NCBI GenBank assembly: GCA_963777955.1
Contig: CAVZSQ010000019.1
Coordinates: forward strand, 288,001 to 352,000
Direction: 5' to 3'
Origin: Calditrichia bacterium
GTDB taxonomy: Bacteria > Calditrichota > Calditrichia > JAJRVZ01
Length of the DNA stretch: 64,000 bases
A model generated the notes under the pieces. That model saw nothing but the letters and a program-made list of their open reading frames with translations, searched no databases and was not told the DNA's origin. This document shows positions 30,025 through 41,560 of this stretch, piece by piece. The translations under genes were made by a program, and so were the position numbers. Numbering within the stretch: the stretch's first letter is position 1; the number at the start of each line of letters is the position of its first letter.

Positions 30025-32332
30025 TCAGGTTCCCTGCTTAACCGGTACCAGACTCAGACTGGATGCTGCCTTCAGATTATTTTTTTCTCTGGAGAGCGGC
30101 ACATTCCAGACTTCTCCTTTTTCCCAGCGGTCATAGAAATCGAAGAAATGGGGACTCACCGGATTTCCCGATTGCCCGGCCGGCAACATGATGGAATTGG
30201 CATCTTTATCACTGAAGTCGAATACCAACCGTGCACTTGGTCCGCCGACCGCCGAGAATTTTCCATTCGCCAGACGCAGAGAGGTAGTAGCGTTGAGTGT
30301 TCCCGGCGATCCGCCCCGTGCAAACGGGCCGCGCCGCAGATCGAATAATTGGGAGATTAATGGTATTTCAGCCAGGGGATGTCCCGGTGCTAACTGCTGC
30401 AGATCACCCCAATTTTTGTTTTTAACCTGCTGCAGGGTTAACTGCATGGCTTTTTGCGCGATATCCTCCCTGCTCTCCAGACGATCGCTGGTATTTTGAT
30501 CATCAAACCATTTTTGATCACCTTGAAAGTAGAGATACTCCATAACATAATCACGGAAAAGAATCCGGTTGTTAAATACACCGGCCAGTTCCTGGAACTC
30601 ATCAGCAAAGGTTAATTGTTTTAAGTTAGCCAACCAGGTCTCCACAATACAGGCAGCCGTTGAATCTGCGGACATCTGCCCTGCCCAATTTTCAATAATC
30701 CCGGCTTCGCTGCCGGCTCCCAGGTTTTGCAGGATCCTGATAATTTCCGTTTTCCAGCGTAATGCAGAGGGGGAAATTATATCCAACTGAAATTCCGTCA
30801 TATCTGCCGCAGTCAGATTATTCCGGGAATTTAATAATTCTGTAATTCTTAGTATGCGATCTTCGGCAAAATTTCCGGGTAGCAGTGAATCTCCGATTTG
30901 TCCCGGTTGGTTGTTGCAGGTAGCCAACCAGCCCTGCAGTGAATTATAGGCACCGGGAGTCTGCTCGGACGGATAATAACCCTGCCAGCTATATTGATCA
31001 TCCCAGCCCGGTAGCTGGACTTGCTTGCTGTTTCCCTGGCGGATCGGCACTGGTGTACCCAGTCTGATAGCCGGTATTACCCAGCGCATCAGCATAGACC
31101 CAATTTGCATTCAGAGCACCAAAATTTGTGATCAATTTTCTGAAGTTTTTAAAACTGGCAACCCAGGCCAGATCGAAAGCCGCTCTGATGCCCCGGCTGA
31201 TCGGGCAATCGAATCCTGCCCAGTACAAACAGGTAGCCTGTTGTAAAGAATCGTTTTCGATCATAACCGGCCCATGCCTGCCGATTTTTACCAGTAACGT
31301 ATCGGCGCCCGCACGTCCTTTGACCAGAATGATTTCTTTAATCAGTTCAAATTTTTGCCAACCAGCGCTGGCCTGATATTGCTGCGCATCATCTTTTGTC
31401 CGCTCAAGATAATAATCGGTGATGTCGACTCCACCGGCCGTGAAAGCCCAGGCAGCATGACTATTGCGGCCGTAGACAACGTAGGGCAGTCCCGGTGTGG
31501 TTAAACCCAGCACGTCCAGCGAATCCTGCTGTGCATGAATCCCGACGGCGTACCAGAATTGCGGCAGCATCGAAATATCAAGATGGGGATCACTGGCCAG
31601 CATAGCCGCACCTTTTTGGGTTTTGTGCGGGGCCACTACCCAGGCATTGGAAGAATGGGCCATGGTACCGGGTACAGTTTCAAACGACCAGTCTGGGAAA
31701 GGAATAATAAAGTCTCTGATACGTTCAACCGAAGATTTTTTCAGCAGTTCCAGGTAGAAATCATCCGGGGTTTGTAATGTGTGCGAATACCAGGTCTGAT
31801 AACTGAAGATACTCAGGCAATCCGTAAGAGTCCAGGGTTCAAAATCACAGCGCAGCAGGTGATATTCGAAAGGTAATGTCCTCAAACTCTGCACTCCGCT
31901 GTTTATTCCATCCACGTAGGCCTGGAGTTTCAGTCTACTCTGTTCATCCAGTTGAGCAAGTTCCGCTTCAGCCATGCGCCTATGCCCGATTTTTCGCTGC
32001 AGTTGATCAAAAGCGAGTGTCCGCTCGCCCAGCAATTCCGACAACCGACCTTGCGCTACCCGCCGGATTAAATCCATCTGGAACAGGCGATCCGAGGCAT
32101 GCAGCCAACCGGTGGTGAACCAGGCATCATTTTCAGTCTGAGCCCAGATCTGGGGAATACCCATCTGGTCAAAATTGACAGTAACTTCTGATTTCAGACC
32201 GTCGAGCACTCTCACACCCATATGCTGCGGCAGGGATTTATTGACGATATAGTACAAGTATATGGAGAAAAACGTCAGTGAAACTATGATAAAAATTACC
32301 AGTAGCAACAGAATTCGTTTGAGTTTTTTCAA
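30025..32332 (-). CDS. Penicillin acylase family (Ntn-hydrolase) precursor, frameshift near 31065
   Basis: DRLFQMD, SNAW (beta-chain Ser), LASDPHL, NWVYADALGNTGYQ, then a frame change to LGTPVPIR...ATCNN...PAGQSG.P.SPHF. Confidence 0.88.
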
Positions 32333-32355
32333 ATTATAATTCTCGTATTATTAGT

Positions 32356-33543
32356 TTATTTCAGGATTGGGACGATTTCCTGCTGGAGAGGTTGTGTATA
32401 GATATGAATATTATTTTCGGCCACGTAGACATCAATTTCACTGCGCATGCCATAATCCGAGAAGTACAGCCCTGGTTCGATCGAAAAACAACTCCCGGTC
32501 ACAATTTCACGTTCGTCCCTGGTTTCCAGACTATCCAGGTTGACGCCATTAGCGGTTAATTCCCTGCCGATCGAGTGTCCGGTGCGATGGAGAAAATAAC
32601 TTTCATAGCCGGCTGTCTTGATTAAAGTCCTGGCATATTCATCCACCTGGTACCCATAAATCTTTTTGCCGGATTTAATCGATTTTTCAAGGTAATCGAT
32701 CACCTGATCGCGGGTTTCACAGATTACTTTAAAAACCCGGCTATATTCTTCAGGGATTTCATCACCTACATAACCGACCCAGGCTACAACTGCATAAACA
32801 GCATGCACACTTCTTTCTTTGGCCGAGATATTTAATTGAACGATCGAGCCCGGATAGATCGGGGCAAAACGGGTTTTGGTCGGATAATAGTGAGGAATAC
32901 CGCTGTTTTTACCCGTGGAGACAGTAGCCGGATAATCAGTAATCAGGGAGCGGGATCTAATCTCATTCATGATATAGCGCTGGACGATATACTCATTGAC
33001 CTCTTCATGGTGTTCTACCTTACGTTTTATTAATTTAAAAGTTTTGGCAACCAGCTCGGTTAACTGCTTGGCTACATTAATGTGCATATTCAGTTGAGCC
33101 GGTGTTAAGCAGGATTCAAATTGCTGAACCAGACCTGCCGAGGTAACCAGTTCCAGGCGATAACTTTTCAACAATTCAAAAGTACCCGCATCGATTTTTG
33201 AGACGTAGGGAATAGCATTACGCGGCGAATACTGTATGGCGATTCTTCCCCCGTTCTTAAATATCTTTCCCAATTTTTCTTCCATTTCCTGCCAGCTGAG
33301 ATAAACTTCCTTTTTGCCCGGCAGATGATCCAAGACATCTCTCTCAATACTATGGACCAGTTTAACCGGTACCCCTCGCGCAGGGATATAAAACCACCAA
33401 CGCCTGGTCTGGATTTTATCTCCCGGGATATTAAGGATTATGCGGGCGATGGGGTCACTACCCTGGAAATCATAAAAAAGCCAGCCATCTATCTTATTGG
33501 TGTTCAAAGTGCGTTGGATAGCAGTAAGATCAAATCCCGACAT
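32356..33543 (-). CDS. M24 (aminopeptidase P/creatinase fold) family protein with degenerate metal site
   Basis: DGWLFYDF, PHY, HRTGHSIG, FSIEPGLY, MRSEID; GGGGAG RBS before ATG 33543. Confidence 0.85.
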   Translation of the reverse strand: MSGFDLTAIQRTLNTNKIDGWLFYDFQGSDPIARIILNIPGDKIQTRRWWFYIPARGVPVKLVHSIERDVLDHLPGKKEVYLSWQEMEEKLGKIFKNGGRIAIQYSPRNAIPYVSKIDAGTFELLKSYRLELVTSAGLVQQFESCLTPAQLNMHINVAKQLTELVAKTFKLIKRKVEHHEEVNEYIVQRYIMNEIRSRSLITDYPATVSTGKNSGIPHYYPTKTRFAPIYPGSIVQLNISAKERSVHAVYAVVAWVGYVGDEIPEEYSRVFKVICETRDQVIDYLEKSIKSGKKIYGYQVDEYARTLIKTAGYESYFLHRTGHSIGRELTANGVNLDSLETRDEREIVTGSCFSIEPGLYFSDYGMRSEIDVYVAENNIHIYTQPLQQEIVPILK

Positions 33544-33785
33544 GCAAAGCTCCCCTATTATAACCAATTGATTTTATTATATTTGATCAATTTCAAATTA
33601 CTTAATTGTATCAGAATAAACCGTTATCTTATTGCGTTAGAACAATACGTGTTCTATAAATTGATTGTTACACTCAAAATATAATAAAATTAAAGGGTTA
33701 ATAAAAATCTTAACTGCTGCCTGGTCAGGAATATCCAGAAATACGAAAAAAAAGTTGAACCACTTGCTTCTGCTTTTGTAAATTG

Positions 33786-33812
33786 TTAGCACTTTAATGA
33801 ATTGAGTGCTAA
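33786..33812 (+). promoter_or_regulatory. CIRCE element (HrcA operator)
   Basis: TTAGCACTT-N9-GAGTGCTAA, one mismatch to TTAGCACTC-N9-GAGTGCTAA, 59 nt upstream of groES. Confidence 0.93.
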
Positions 33813-33871
33813 AATTTCGAAACTAAAATATGTTTTATTGATAAATAATAACCAATTTCAAGGAGAAATTT

Positions 33872-34156
33872 ATGAAGATTAAACCATTGTCTGATCGTGT
33901 CGTAATTGAGCCTCTGGAGGCGCAGGAAAAGACCAGTGGAGGAATTTATCTGCCTGATACGGCTAAAGAAAAGCCGCAGATGGGTAAAGTCCTCGCTGCT
34001 GGTCCGGGAAAAACTTCCGATGAAGGCAAACTCATTCACATGGAAGTAAAAGTAGGTGATAAGGTTTTATACGGCAAATATTCCGGTACCGAAGTTACGG
34101 TTGAGGGCAAGGATTATTTGATCGTACGCGAAAGCGATATTCTGGCAATAGTATAA
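33872..34156 (+). CDS. groES: Co-chaperonin GroES
   Basis: [28 protein letters not shown]. Confidence 0.99.
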   Translation: MKIKPLSDRVVIEPLEAQEKTSGGIYLPDTAKEKPQMGKVLAAGPGKTSDEGKLIHMEVKVGDKVLYGKYSGTEVTVEGKDYLIVRESDILAIV

Positions 34157-34187
34157 CAAAAATAAAAAAGAAAATCGGAGGTTTAGT

Positions 34188-35819
34188 ATGGCTAAAATAA
34201 TTTTGTATGATGCCGAAGCACGCGCCAAACTGAAGGCAGGCATTGATCAATTGGCTCATATCGTCAAGGTCACTCTGGGGCCCAAAGGGCGTAATGTGGT
34301 CATCGATAAAAAATTCGGTGCACCCACCATTACCAAGGACGGCGTCACGGTGGCTAAAGAAATTGAACTCGAAGATCCCATGGAGAACATGGGTGCGCAG
34401 ATGGTCAAGGAGGTTGCCTCCAAGACCAGCGACGTGGCCGGTGATGGAACCACTACGGCAACCATTCTGGCTCAGGCTATTTATACCGAAGGTCTGAAGA
34501 ATGTCACAGCCGGTGCCAATCCTGCTGAATTAAAAAAAGGTATCGAACTGGCCGTGGCCAGAGTAGTTGAAGAACTGAAAAAGATGAGCAAAAATGTCGG
34601 CGGCAAAAAAGAGATTGCTCAGGTCGGCGCCATTTCGGCCAATAATGATCGAACCATCGGAAATCTGATTGCCGACGCCATGGAAAAAGTCGGAAAAGAT
34701 GGTGTGATTACGGTGGAAGAAGCCAAGTCTATTGAAACATCTCTGGATGTTGTCGAAGGTATGCAATTCGACCGTGGTTACGTTTCCCCGTACTTCGTGA
34801 CCGATCCGGAGAACATGGAAGCTGTGCTGGAAGATCCGCTGATTCTGATCCATGATAAGAAAATCAGTAATATGAAGGAATTGTTGCCCGTTCTGGAAAA
34901 AGTCGCACAGATGGGTAAGAGTTTACTGGTTATTGCTGAGGATCTGGAAGGGGAAGCTCTGGCCACCATGGTAGTGAATAAATTGCGCGGTACTTTAAAG
35001 ATCGCCGCGGTCAAAGCTCCCGGGTTTGGTGACCGCCGCAAGGCCATGCTGGATGATATCGCTATCCTCACCGGTGGCCGGGTGATCAGCGAAGAAGCCG
35101 GTTTCAAACTTGAGAACACCACGGTATCAGATCTCGGTTCAGCCAAACGCATAACTATCGACAAGGACAATACCACTATCGTGGAAGGTGCCGGTAAGTC
35201 GGCGGATATCAAGGGACGTGTGGCCCAGATCCGTACACAGATTGATAACACCACCAGTGATTACGATCGTGAAAAATTACAGGAACGATTGGCAAAATTA
35301 GCCGGCGGTGTAGCCGTATTGAAAATCGGTGCAGCCACCGAAGTTGAAATGAAAGAGAAAAAAGCCCGGGTCGAAGATGCCCTCCATGCCACCCGTGCCG
35401 CTGTTGAGGAAGGTATTGTTCCCGGCGGTGGTGTAGCATTCCTGCGCTGTTTGAAAGCTCTGGAAAGTATGAAGGTTAAGGAGGAGGATCAGGCTATCGG
35501 TATCAATATCGTAAAACGCGCCATTGAAGAACCGATCCGCCAGATCGTGCAGAATGCCGGTAAAGAAGGTGCCGTGATCGTCGAAGAAGTGAAGAAAAAA
35601 ACCGGAGCTTACGGTTATAATGCCGCCACGGAACAGTTCGAAGATCTGTTGGAAGCCGGTATTATCGATCCGACCAAGGTAACCCGTACAGCATTGGAAA
35701 ATGCCTCGTCGGTCGCAGCCCTGCTGCTGATGACCGAGGGATTGGTTGCCGAGAAACCGGAAAAGGAACCAAAAGCGCCACCAATGCCTCCGGGCGGTGG
35801 AATGGGTGATATGTATTAG
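34188..35819 (+). CDS. groEL: Chaperonin GroEL
   Basis: [31 protein letters not shown] tail. Confidence 0.99.
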   Translation: MAKIILYDAEARAKLKAGIDQLAHIVKVTLGPKGRNVVIDKKFGAPTITKDGVTVAKEIELEDPMENMGAQMVKEVASKTSDVAGDGTTTATILAQAIYTEGLKNVTAGANPAELKKGIELAVARVVEELKKMSKNVGGKKEIAQVGAISANNDRTIGNLIADAMEKVGKDGVITVEEAKSIETSLDVVEGMQFDRGYVSPYFVTDPENMEAVLEDPLILIHDKKISNMKELLPVLEKVAQMGKSLLVIAEDLEGEALATMVVNKLRGTLKIAAVKAPGFGDRRKAMLDDIAILTGGRVISEEAGFKLENTTVSDLGSAKRITIDKDNTTIVEGAGKSADIKGRVAQIRTQIDNTTSDYDREKLQERLAKLAGGVAVLKIGAATEVEMKEKKARVEDALHATRAAVEEGIVPGGGVAFLRCLKALESMKVKEEDQAIGINIVKRAIEEPIRQIVQNAGKEGAVIVEEVKKKTGAYGYNAATEQFEDLLEAGIIDPTKVTRTALENASSVAALLLMTEGLVAEKPEKEPKAPPMPPGGGMGDMY

Positions 35820-35840
35820 TCGTCGTGTTCTCCCTGCTTG

Positions 35841-35880
35841 AACCCTGGTCGGCGGCAACGCCGATCAGGGTTTTTTATTT
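35841..35880 (+). terminator. Rho-independent terminator after groEL
   Basis: CCCTGGTCGGCG-GCAA-CGCCGATCAGGG followed by TTTTTT. Confidence 0.9.
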
Positions 35881-35941
35881 TAGTTTGATAAAAAATGGGA
35901 TTATTAATATATTAAGTTTTATAACGGTCGAATAGTAAATT

Positions 35942-36309
35942 ATGGATGTTATCAAACTTTGCAATATTGTTTTCTATGCCCACCATGGTTACTATGAAGC
36001 CGAACGGGAACTGGGTCAGCGATTCGAAGTGGATATCGAGGTGGAATGCGATCTGCACGATAACAGTGACCAACGATGACCTTAAATCAACCATTGATTA
36101 CCGTCATATCTACGCTATTGCCAAGGATGCTTTTGAAAATAATAAATTCAAACTCCTGGAGACAGTGGCCAATCGGATCGCCGCTCAGATAGTCCAGATT
36201 CGATCCGGTCCAGGCTGTGCTGATCAGAGTGCGCAAGCCCCATGTCCCGATAAAAGGATTTCTGGATCATATCGAAATTGAAATTAAACGATCTAAAAAT
36301 GATATATAA
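35942..36309 (+). CDS. folB: Dihydroneopterin aldolase (two frameshifts)
   Basis: Three frames join as MDVIKLCNIVFYAHHGYYEAERELGQRFEVD / DDLKSTIDY...KLLETVA / VLIRVRKPHVPIKG..IEIEIKR; directly upstream of folK. Confidence 0.85.
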
Positions 36310-36790
36310 TTATTTTCTGGGTCTGGGTTCCAATATAGAACCACGATTGAACTATTTACAGACAGCGTTGACAAAACTGACTCCTTTCGGCCGGATCAAA
36401 CATAAGTCCAGCATTTATAACACGCAGGCCTGGGGAGAAACTGAACAGGATGACTTTTATAATGCGATCATCGAATTCGATTCCGCCCTTCCGCCGCGGA
36501 TCCTGCTGGAGACGATAAAAAAAATTGAAGCGGAAACCGGCCGCCGGTCAACCTCTCACTGGAGACCGCGGGAAATCGATATCGATATCATTTACTGCCG
36601 GAACATGACTGTCCAGGAGGCCGATTTAATTATTCCGCACCGTTATGCAGCGGAACGCCGTTTTATCCTGGCTCCGTTAAGTGAACTGGACGAGAATCTA
36701 TCGATTGATGGTCGTGGCACACCGGTCCGGCAGACTTTGCGCTCCTGTCAGGATTCTGCTCAGGTCTCTAAATTAGATCTGGCATGGTAG
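36299..36790 (+). CDS. folK: 2-amino-4-hydroxy-6-hydroxymethyldihydropteridine diphosphokinase
   Basis: LGLGSNI, FYNA, PREIDIDI, IPH...RRFILAPL. Confidence 0.93.
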   Translation: MIYNYFLGLGSNIEPRLNYLQTALTKLTPFGRIKHKSSIYNTQAWGETEQDDFYNAIIEFDSALPPRILLETIKKIEAETGRRSTSHWRPREIDIDIIYCRNMTVQEADLIIPHRYAAERRFILAPLSELDENLSIDGRGTPVRQTLRSCQDSAQVSKLDLAW

Positions 36791-36796
36791 GAAATT

Positions 36797-37444
36797 ATGG
36801 CTCTTGAAGATTTAAAATATATCGCTATCGACGGGGTAATCGGCGTGGGCAAAACAAGTCTGACCGCCCGTCTGGCCCAGACCCTAAATGCCAAACCTCT
36901 TTACGAAGAATATGAAAAAAATCCTTTTCTGGAGGAGTTTTACCAGGATCCCGAACATTTTGCGTTTCAGACTCAACTTTTTTTCCTGATGAACCGTTAT
37001 CGTCAGCAGCAGGAATTACATCAGATGGATCTTTTCCATACCTGCGTGGTAAGCGATTACATCTTCGCTAAAGATCGCATATTTGCTACGCTGAACCTGA
37101 ATGAAAAAGAAATTAAATTGTATGACGGTATCGCCCGCCTGATGGAAAAAGATATCGTTAAACCAAATCTGGTTATTTACCTGCAAGCCTCCACCCGGCA
37201 TCTGCTGGAGAGTATCCGTCAACGCAACCGTAAAATTGAAAAGTTTATCTCGGAAGAATATATCCAGGCCCTGAATGAACTTTATAATAATTTTTTCTTC
37301 CATTATACGGATACGCCTTTATTAGTCATAAATACCGATGATATGGATTTTGTACACCAGGAAGGTGACTATAAAGATATACTTTATGAGATAAATCAAC
37401 ATATTTCAGGCACCCGTTATTACGTCCCGCAGAAAATAAGGTAA
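36797..37444 (+). CDS. Deoxynucleoside kinase
   Basis: IDGVIGVGKTS, NPFLEEFY, FQTQLFFL, KDRIFA; typical folK-adjacent position. Confidence 0.9.
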   Translation: MALEDLKYIAIDGVIGVGKTSLTARLAQTLNAKPLYEEYEKNPFLEEFYQDPEHFAFQTQLFFLMNRYRQQQELHQMDLFHTCVVSDYIFAKDRIFATLNLNEKEIKLYDGIARLMEKDIVKPNLVIYLQASTRHLLESIRQRNRKIEKFISEEYIQALNELYNNFFFHYTDTPLLVINTDDMDFVHQEGDYKDILYEINQHISGTRYYVPQKIR

Positions 37445-37450
37445 GCACGG

Positions 37451-37633
37451 ATGAGTTTAATCAGGTTAATCGTATTTATTATATTTATATATCTGGTAGT
37501 CCGCCTGGTGGTCCGGATGTTTGCCATGCTGGGCGGCAGTAAGAGCAGCCAGGTCAGAGGACAGCCGCGCGACAACGGCAGAATTAAGGACAGGAAAGAC
37601 ATCGAAGACGCTGATTATGAAGAACTCAAATGA
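37451..37633 (+). CDS. Small membrane-anchored protein
   Basis: N-terminal TM helix and C-terminal IEDADYEELK motif. Confidence 0.6.
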   Translation: MSLIRLIVFIIFIYLVVRLVVRMFAMLGGSKSSQVRGQPRDNGRIKDRKDIEDADYEELK

Positions 37634-38936
37634 TGTCAATGAATTTCAACTCCAGCTTGAAAAATTACAGCATGAAATCAAAAAGCTGGTAACAGAGAAA
37701 AAAGGGCTGAATGCTTTATTAACCATTACCCGCTCCCTCGCCGCCGAATTAGATCTGGATAGTTTATTATTCAAAATAATAAGTCAGGTCAGGAAAACAC
37801 TGCGTGCCGATCGCTGCACGGTCTTTCTGCTTGACGAAATGAAAAATGAATTGTGGTCAAAAGTAGCCCTGGGAGTGGATGAAGAGATTCGTTTTCCTGC
37901 AGATAAAGGTATAGCCGGACATACCCTGCAGACCGGTGAAATCATCAATATTCCTGATGCCTATAAAGATCCGCGTTTTAATCCTGATGTAGATAAAAAA
38001 ACCGGTTATAAGACCGGGACTATCCTGACCATGCCTATGTTTAACAAACAGAACGATGTCTTCGGTGTATTTCAAGTGCTCAATAAAAAAGACGGAATTT
38101 TCACCGTTGCCGACGAAAAACTTTTATCGGCTATCGCCCTGATTGCCTCTACCGCCATTGAAAATGCGCAATTGTACGACGAACAGAAAAAATCATTCAT
38201 CAGTTTTATCGATACACTTTCCACCACTCTTGATACACGCGATTACATTACAGCCGGACATGCTCGCAGAGTTACCCTGTATGCGCAGGAGATCGGCCGC
38301 CTGATGAAATTAGACCCGGCCCGGATGGATGTACTTCGTTATGCTGCGCTACTGCATGATATTGGCAAGATTGGTATACCGGAGATGATTTTATTCAAAG
38401 ACCGTAAACTAACCAACGAAGAGTACGAAATAGTTAAACGGCATGCTAAAATCACAAAAAATATTCTGAAAAAGATCCATTTCAACAAAAAATTGAAAGA
38501 TGTCCCGGAAATAGCCGGCAGCCATCATGAACGCCTGGACGGTACCGGCTATCCCGAACAAATGCACGGAGAACAAATACCCCTGGAAGGTAAGATCCTG
38601 GCCCTGGCCGATACCTTTGATGCGATAACGTCACGACGCCAATTTTTAGACCGCATGGATCTGGAAAAGGTCGTACAGCTCATTGACAGTGAAACCGGTA
38701 CTTCCTTTGAACCATACGTGGTATATAATTTTAAATATATTACCCTGGACCGTCTTATCCAGATACTGGAATTCGGACATACCTCCGAAATAAATCCTGC
38801 AGATTTGCAGAAACTTACGGACTACACCCTGCGGGAATTGATAGAAATCCGCGGTAAATCCATTAAATCAGAGGATGAGTCGGAGATTGAAAATATTTTT
38901 ATGCGATATTACCTGCAGCAATATCGTACGAAATAA
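37617..38936 (+). CDS. GAF + HD-GYP phosphodiesterase
   Basis: GAF motifs (ADRCTVFL, GIAG, DPRFN..D..TGY, NKKDG.F) plus GHARRV, HDIGK and HHERLDGTGYP. Probable start at ATG 37617. Confidence 0.88.
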   Translation: MKNSNDVNEFQLQLEKLQHEIKKLVTEKKGLNALLTITRSLAAELDLDSLLFKIISQVRKTLRADRCTVFLLDEMKNELWSKVALGVDEEIRFPADKGIAGHTLQTGEIINIPDAYKDPRFNPDVDKKTGYKTGTILTMPMFNKQNDVFGVFQVLNKKDGIFTVADEKLLSAIALIASTAIENAQLYDEQKKSFISFIDTLSTTLDTRDYITAGHARRVTLYAQEIGRLMKLDPARMDVLRYAALLHDIGKIGIPEMILFKDRKLTNEEYEIVKRHAKITKNILKKIHFNKKLKDVPEIAGSHHERLDGTGYPEQMHGEQIPLEGKILALADTFDAITSRRQFLDRMDLEKVVQLIDSETGTSFEPYVVYNFKYITLDRLIQILEFGHTSEINPADLQKLTDYTLRELIEIRGKSIKSEDESEIENIFMRYYLQQYRTK

Positions 38937-38944
38937 AAATATTA

Positions 38945-40096
38945 TTATACTTCTTTTAACAGGTCCTTTACCTTATCCGTCTTTTCCCAGGTGAACTCTT
39001 TCTCCGTCCGGCCAAAATGCCCATAACTTGCTGTCTTACGATAAATCGGACGGCGCAGTTGCAGTGTTTCGATGATGGCACCCGGTCGAAAATCGAATAA
39101 TTTCCTGATAATCTCCAGGAGTTTAATATCGCTGATTTTGCCGGTGCCCCATGTCTCGACCAGCAATGAAACCGGCTCGGCGACACCGATGGCATACGCG
39201 ACTTGTAATCCGCATTTATCGGCCAGACCGGCCGCAACAATATTCTTGGCCACATAACGGGCGAAATAGGAAGCAGAGCGATCGACTTTTGTAGGATCTT
39301 TCCCGGAAAAAGCACCTCCGCCGTGAGAATACATACCACCATAGGTGTCGACAATTATTTTCCTCCCGGTTAAACCCGTGTCGCCCTGCGGACCGCCGAC
39401 TACAAAACGACCGGTAGGATTAATAAAATATTTTACTTTCCCATCGCTTAACAAATCGGCTGGTATTGCTTTTTTTATCACCTTTTCGATTATTTCCTGC
39501 TGCAGTGTTTCGTATTCGACTTCAGAATGGTGCTGGGTTGAAACCACCACACTTTCGACCGAGATTGGTTTACCATCTTCGTATCGTACTGATACCTGAG
39601 CTTTTCCATCCGGTCTCAGGTATGGTATCTGGCCCGATTTTCGTTCTTCGGCCAGGCGCCGGGTGATTTTATGAGCCAGGTTAATGGGCATGGGCATCAG
39701 TTCCGCAGTTTCTTTACAGGCGAAACCAAACATCATACCCTGGTCGCCGGCCCCGGCACGGTCAACACCCATGGCGATATCGGGCGACTGCTGATCAATA
39801 CTGGTCAAAACCGCACAGGTCAGATAATCAAAACCATAACGGGCATCCGTATATCCGATTTCTTTAATGACCCCTCTGGCAATGCTGGGGATATCCACAT
39901 AGCATTTGGTGGTGATCTCTCCGCCGATCAGCGTCAAGCCGGTAGTTACAAATGTTTCGCAAGCTACCCGGCCGAATGGATCTTCTTTAATTATCGCATC
40001 AAGAATAGCATCGGAAATCTGATCCGCGATTTTATCAGGATGTCCTTCGGTAACCGATTCGGAACTGAATATATACCTGCTCTTACCCTTATCCAT
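38945..40096 (-). CDS. metK: S-adenosylmethionine synthetase
   Basis: [39 protein letters not shown]. Confidence 0.99.
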   Translation of the reverse strand: MDKGKSRYIFSSESVTEGHPDKIADQISDAILDAIIKEDPFGRVACETFVTTGLTLIGGEITTKCYVDIPSIARGVIKEIGYTDARYGFDYLTCAVLTSIDQQSPDIAMGVDRAGAGDQGMMFGFACKETAELMPMPINLAHKITRRLAEERKSGQIPYLRPDGKAQVSVRYEDGKPISVESVVVSTQHHSEVEYETLQQEIIEKVIKKAIPADLLSDGKVKYFINPTGRFVVGGPQGDTGLTGRKIIVDTYGGMYSHGGGAFSGKDPTKVDRSASYFARYVAKNIVAAGLADKCGLQVAYAIGVAEPVSLLVETWGTGKISDIKLLEIIRKLFDFRPGAIIETLQLRRPIYRKTASYGHFGRTEKEFTWEKTDKVKDLLKEV

Positions 40097-40162
40097 AAAC
40101 CAGAACCCTCATCATTTTTAAAATGCCGTTTAAAATACGTGTTGCCAAAATAACTTTCAATT

Positions 40163-41212
40163 TCATTTTAATTTTTTCAGTTCAGCTTTAAAATAATCAA
40201 TATTCAGAATGGTCAGCGGATCTTTTTCGTACAGAATCGCCAGGTAATAACTGACCCAGTCGCTCAGGCAGATCAACGATATCGTATTTTCTATCAGATT
40301 TTTCCCTTCGCCATAAACTGTAATAACCTCAATCCCTTTATCGGTCAGGATCTGCTTGGTCAGCTTTATTCTGGTTTTAATACGGGGCGGATAAATATCG
40401 CTATCCAGGATTACCACGATCAGGTCCCGGGTCAGTTTTTCATTGATCTCCCAGCCTACAATCTCATTATGATTCATTTCCGGTAAAACATGATGGAAGG
40501 CCAGTGATTTGGCGTTTTCATTCAACTGGGTACGCCAGCGAAAGGCCACCGATTTCAAATAAGGCTCCACCGAGTAAATAACCGGGATTTTATTATGCAA
40601 TTTAAAAGCAATCTCTTTCGGCAGGGATTTTCCTTCGGCCGTGTTTTCATCGCTGCGCAGGATCTGCGTTTGAACATGAACAATCAAATCTTCTATCTGT
40701 TCAGCCGAAACCGGTTTAGCGGTAAATTTATTCAGCAGTAACAAGACCGGGAAAAACAAGTACCCGAAAGCCTGGCGCGGTGGAAAGCCATCCGGCAATT
40801 TGATCAGTTTCCATTTATTTCTTTTGGCCAGTTTTGATAATTCACCACCGGAACTAACCGTAACTATCTTTGAAGTCCTCTTCCTGGCCTGATTAAAAGA
40901 ACTTAGTGTTTCTTCGGTATTGCCGGAATAACTAGAAGCGATTACCAGCGTTTTTTTATTACAATAATCCGGGCATTCATACCCCCGTACCACCTGCATC
41001 GGGATAGTCAGTTTATCGAATAAAACTTCATTTAATATATCACCGGCGATGGCCGACCCCCCCATACCCAGATAAATAATGTTTTCTATGGATTCAGGGC
41101 GGACTTTGATTTTAGCATCATCAAATAACTTTTTACTGGCAATGATTTGTTCAGGAAATTTTTTTAAGAAAACTTTAAAATTTGATTTGTCAAAAGAAAA
41201 CATGCGATTCAT
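40163..41212 (-). CDS. Bifunctional phosphoglucose/phosphomannose isomerase
   Basis: GMGGSAIAG, SYSGNTEET, PPR, QLNENAK, PEMNHNEI. Confidence 0.9.
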   Translation of the reverse strand: MNRMFSFDKSNFKVFLKKFPEQIIASKKLFDDAKIKVRPESIENIIYLGMGGSAIAGDILNEVLFDKLTIPMQVVRGYECPDYCNKKTLVIASSYSGNTEETLSSFNQARKRTSKIVTVSSGGELSKLAKRNKWKLIKLPDGFPPRQAFGYLFFPVLLLLNKFTAKPVSAEQIEDLIVHVQTQILRSDENTAEGKSLPKEIAFKLHNKIPVIYSVEPYLKSVAFRWRTQLNENAKSLAFHHVLPEMNHNEIVGWEINEKLTRDLIVVILDSDIYPPRIKTRIKLTKQILTDKGIEVITVYGEGKNLIENTISLICLSDWVSYYLAILYEKDPLTILNIDYFKAELKKLK

Positions 41213-41287
41213 CTCCTTCCAACGAAAATGTAATTTATCTGTTTGTGCAAAGATCCAGAAGAAATTTATCGATTGATGGTCAGTTGC

Positions 41288-41560
41288 TCAGCGGGTATCT
41301 TCATAAAACTTGTTCGTAATCAAGTCTTTCAATGCCTGTAATGCAGATGCTTCATCGCAACCGTTGACTATAATCGTAATCGTGCTGCCAGGTTCAGCAG
41401 CAAGCATCATGATACCCATAATACTTTTGCCATTCACCTCCAGGTCGTCCTTGATCACTTTGATCTCAGATTGAAACTTTCCGGCAATCTTTACAAATTG
41501 GGCAGCTGGACGGGCATGCAGCCCATGCTTGTTAATTATCTTAATCTCTTCTTTTATCAT
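41288..41560 (-). CDS. ptsH: Phosphocarrier protein HPr
   Basis: GLHARPAA (His15) and NGKSIMG (Ser46); start at ATG 41560. Confidence 0.95.
   Translation of the reverse strand: MIKEEIKIINKHGLHARPAAQFVKIAGKFQSEIKVIKDDLEVNGKSIMGIMMLAAEPGSTITIIVNGCDEASALQALKDLITNKFYEDTR

Noticed and set aside
40097..40162. SAM riboswitch upstream of metK
   Set aside because: A 66-nt AT-rich gap with no recognisable SAM aptamer.
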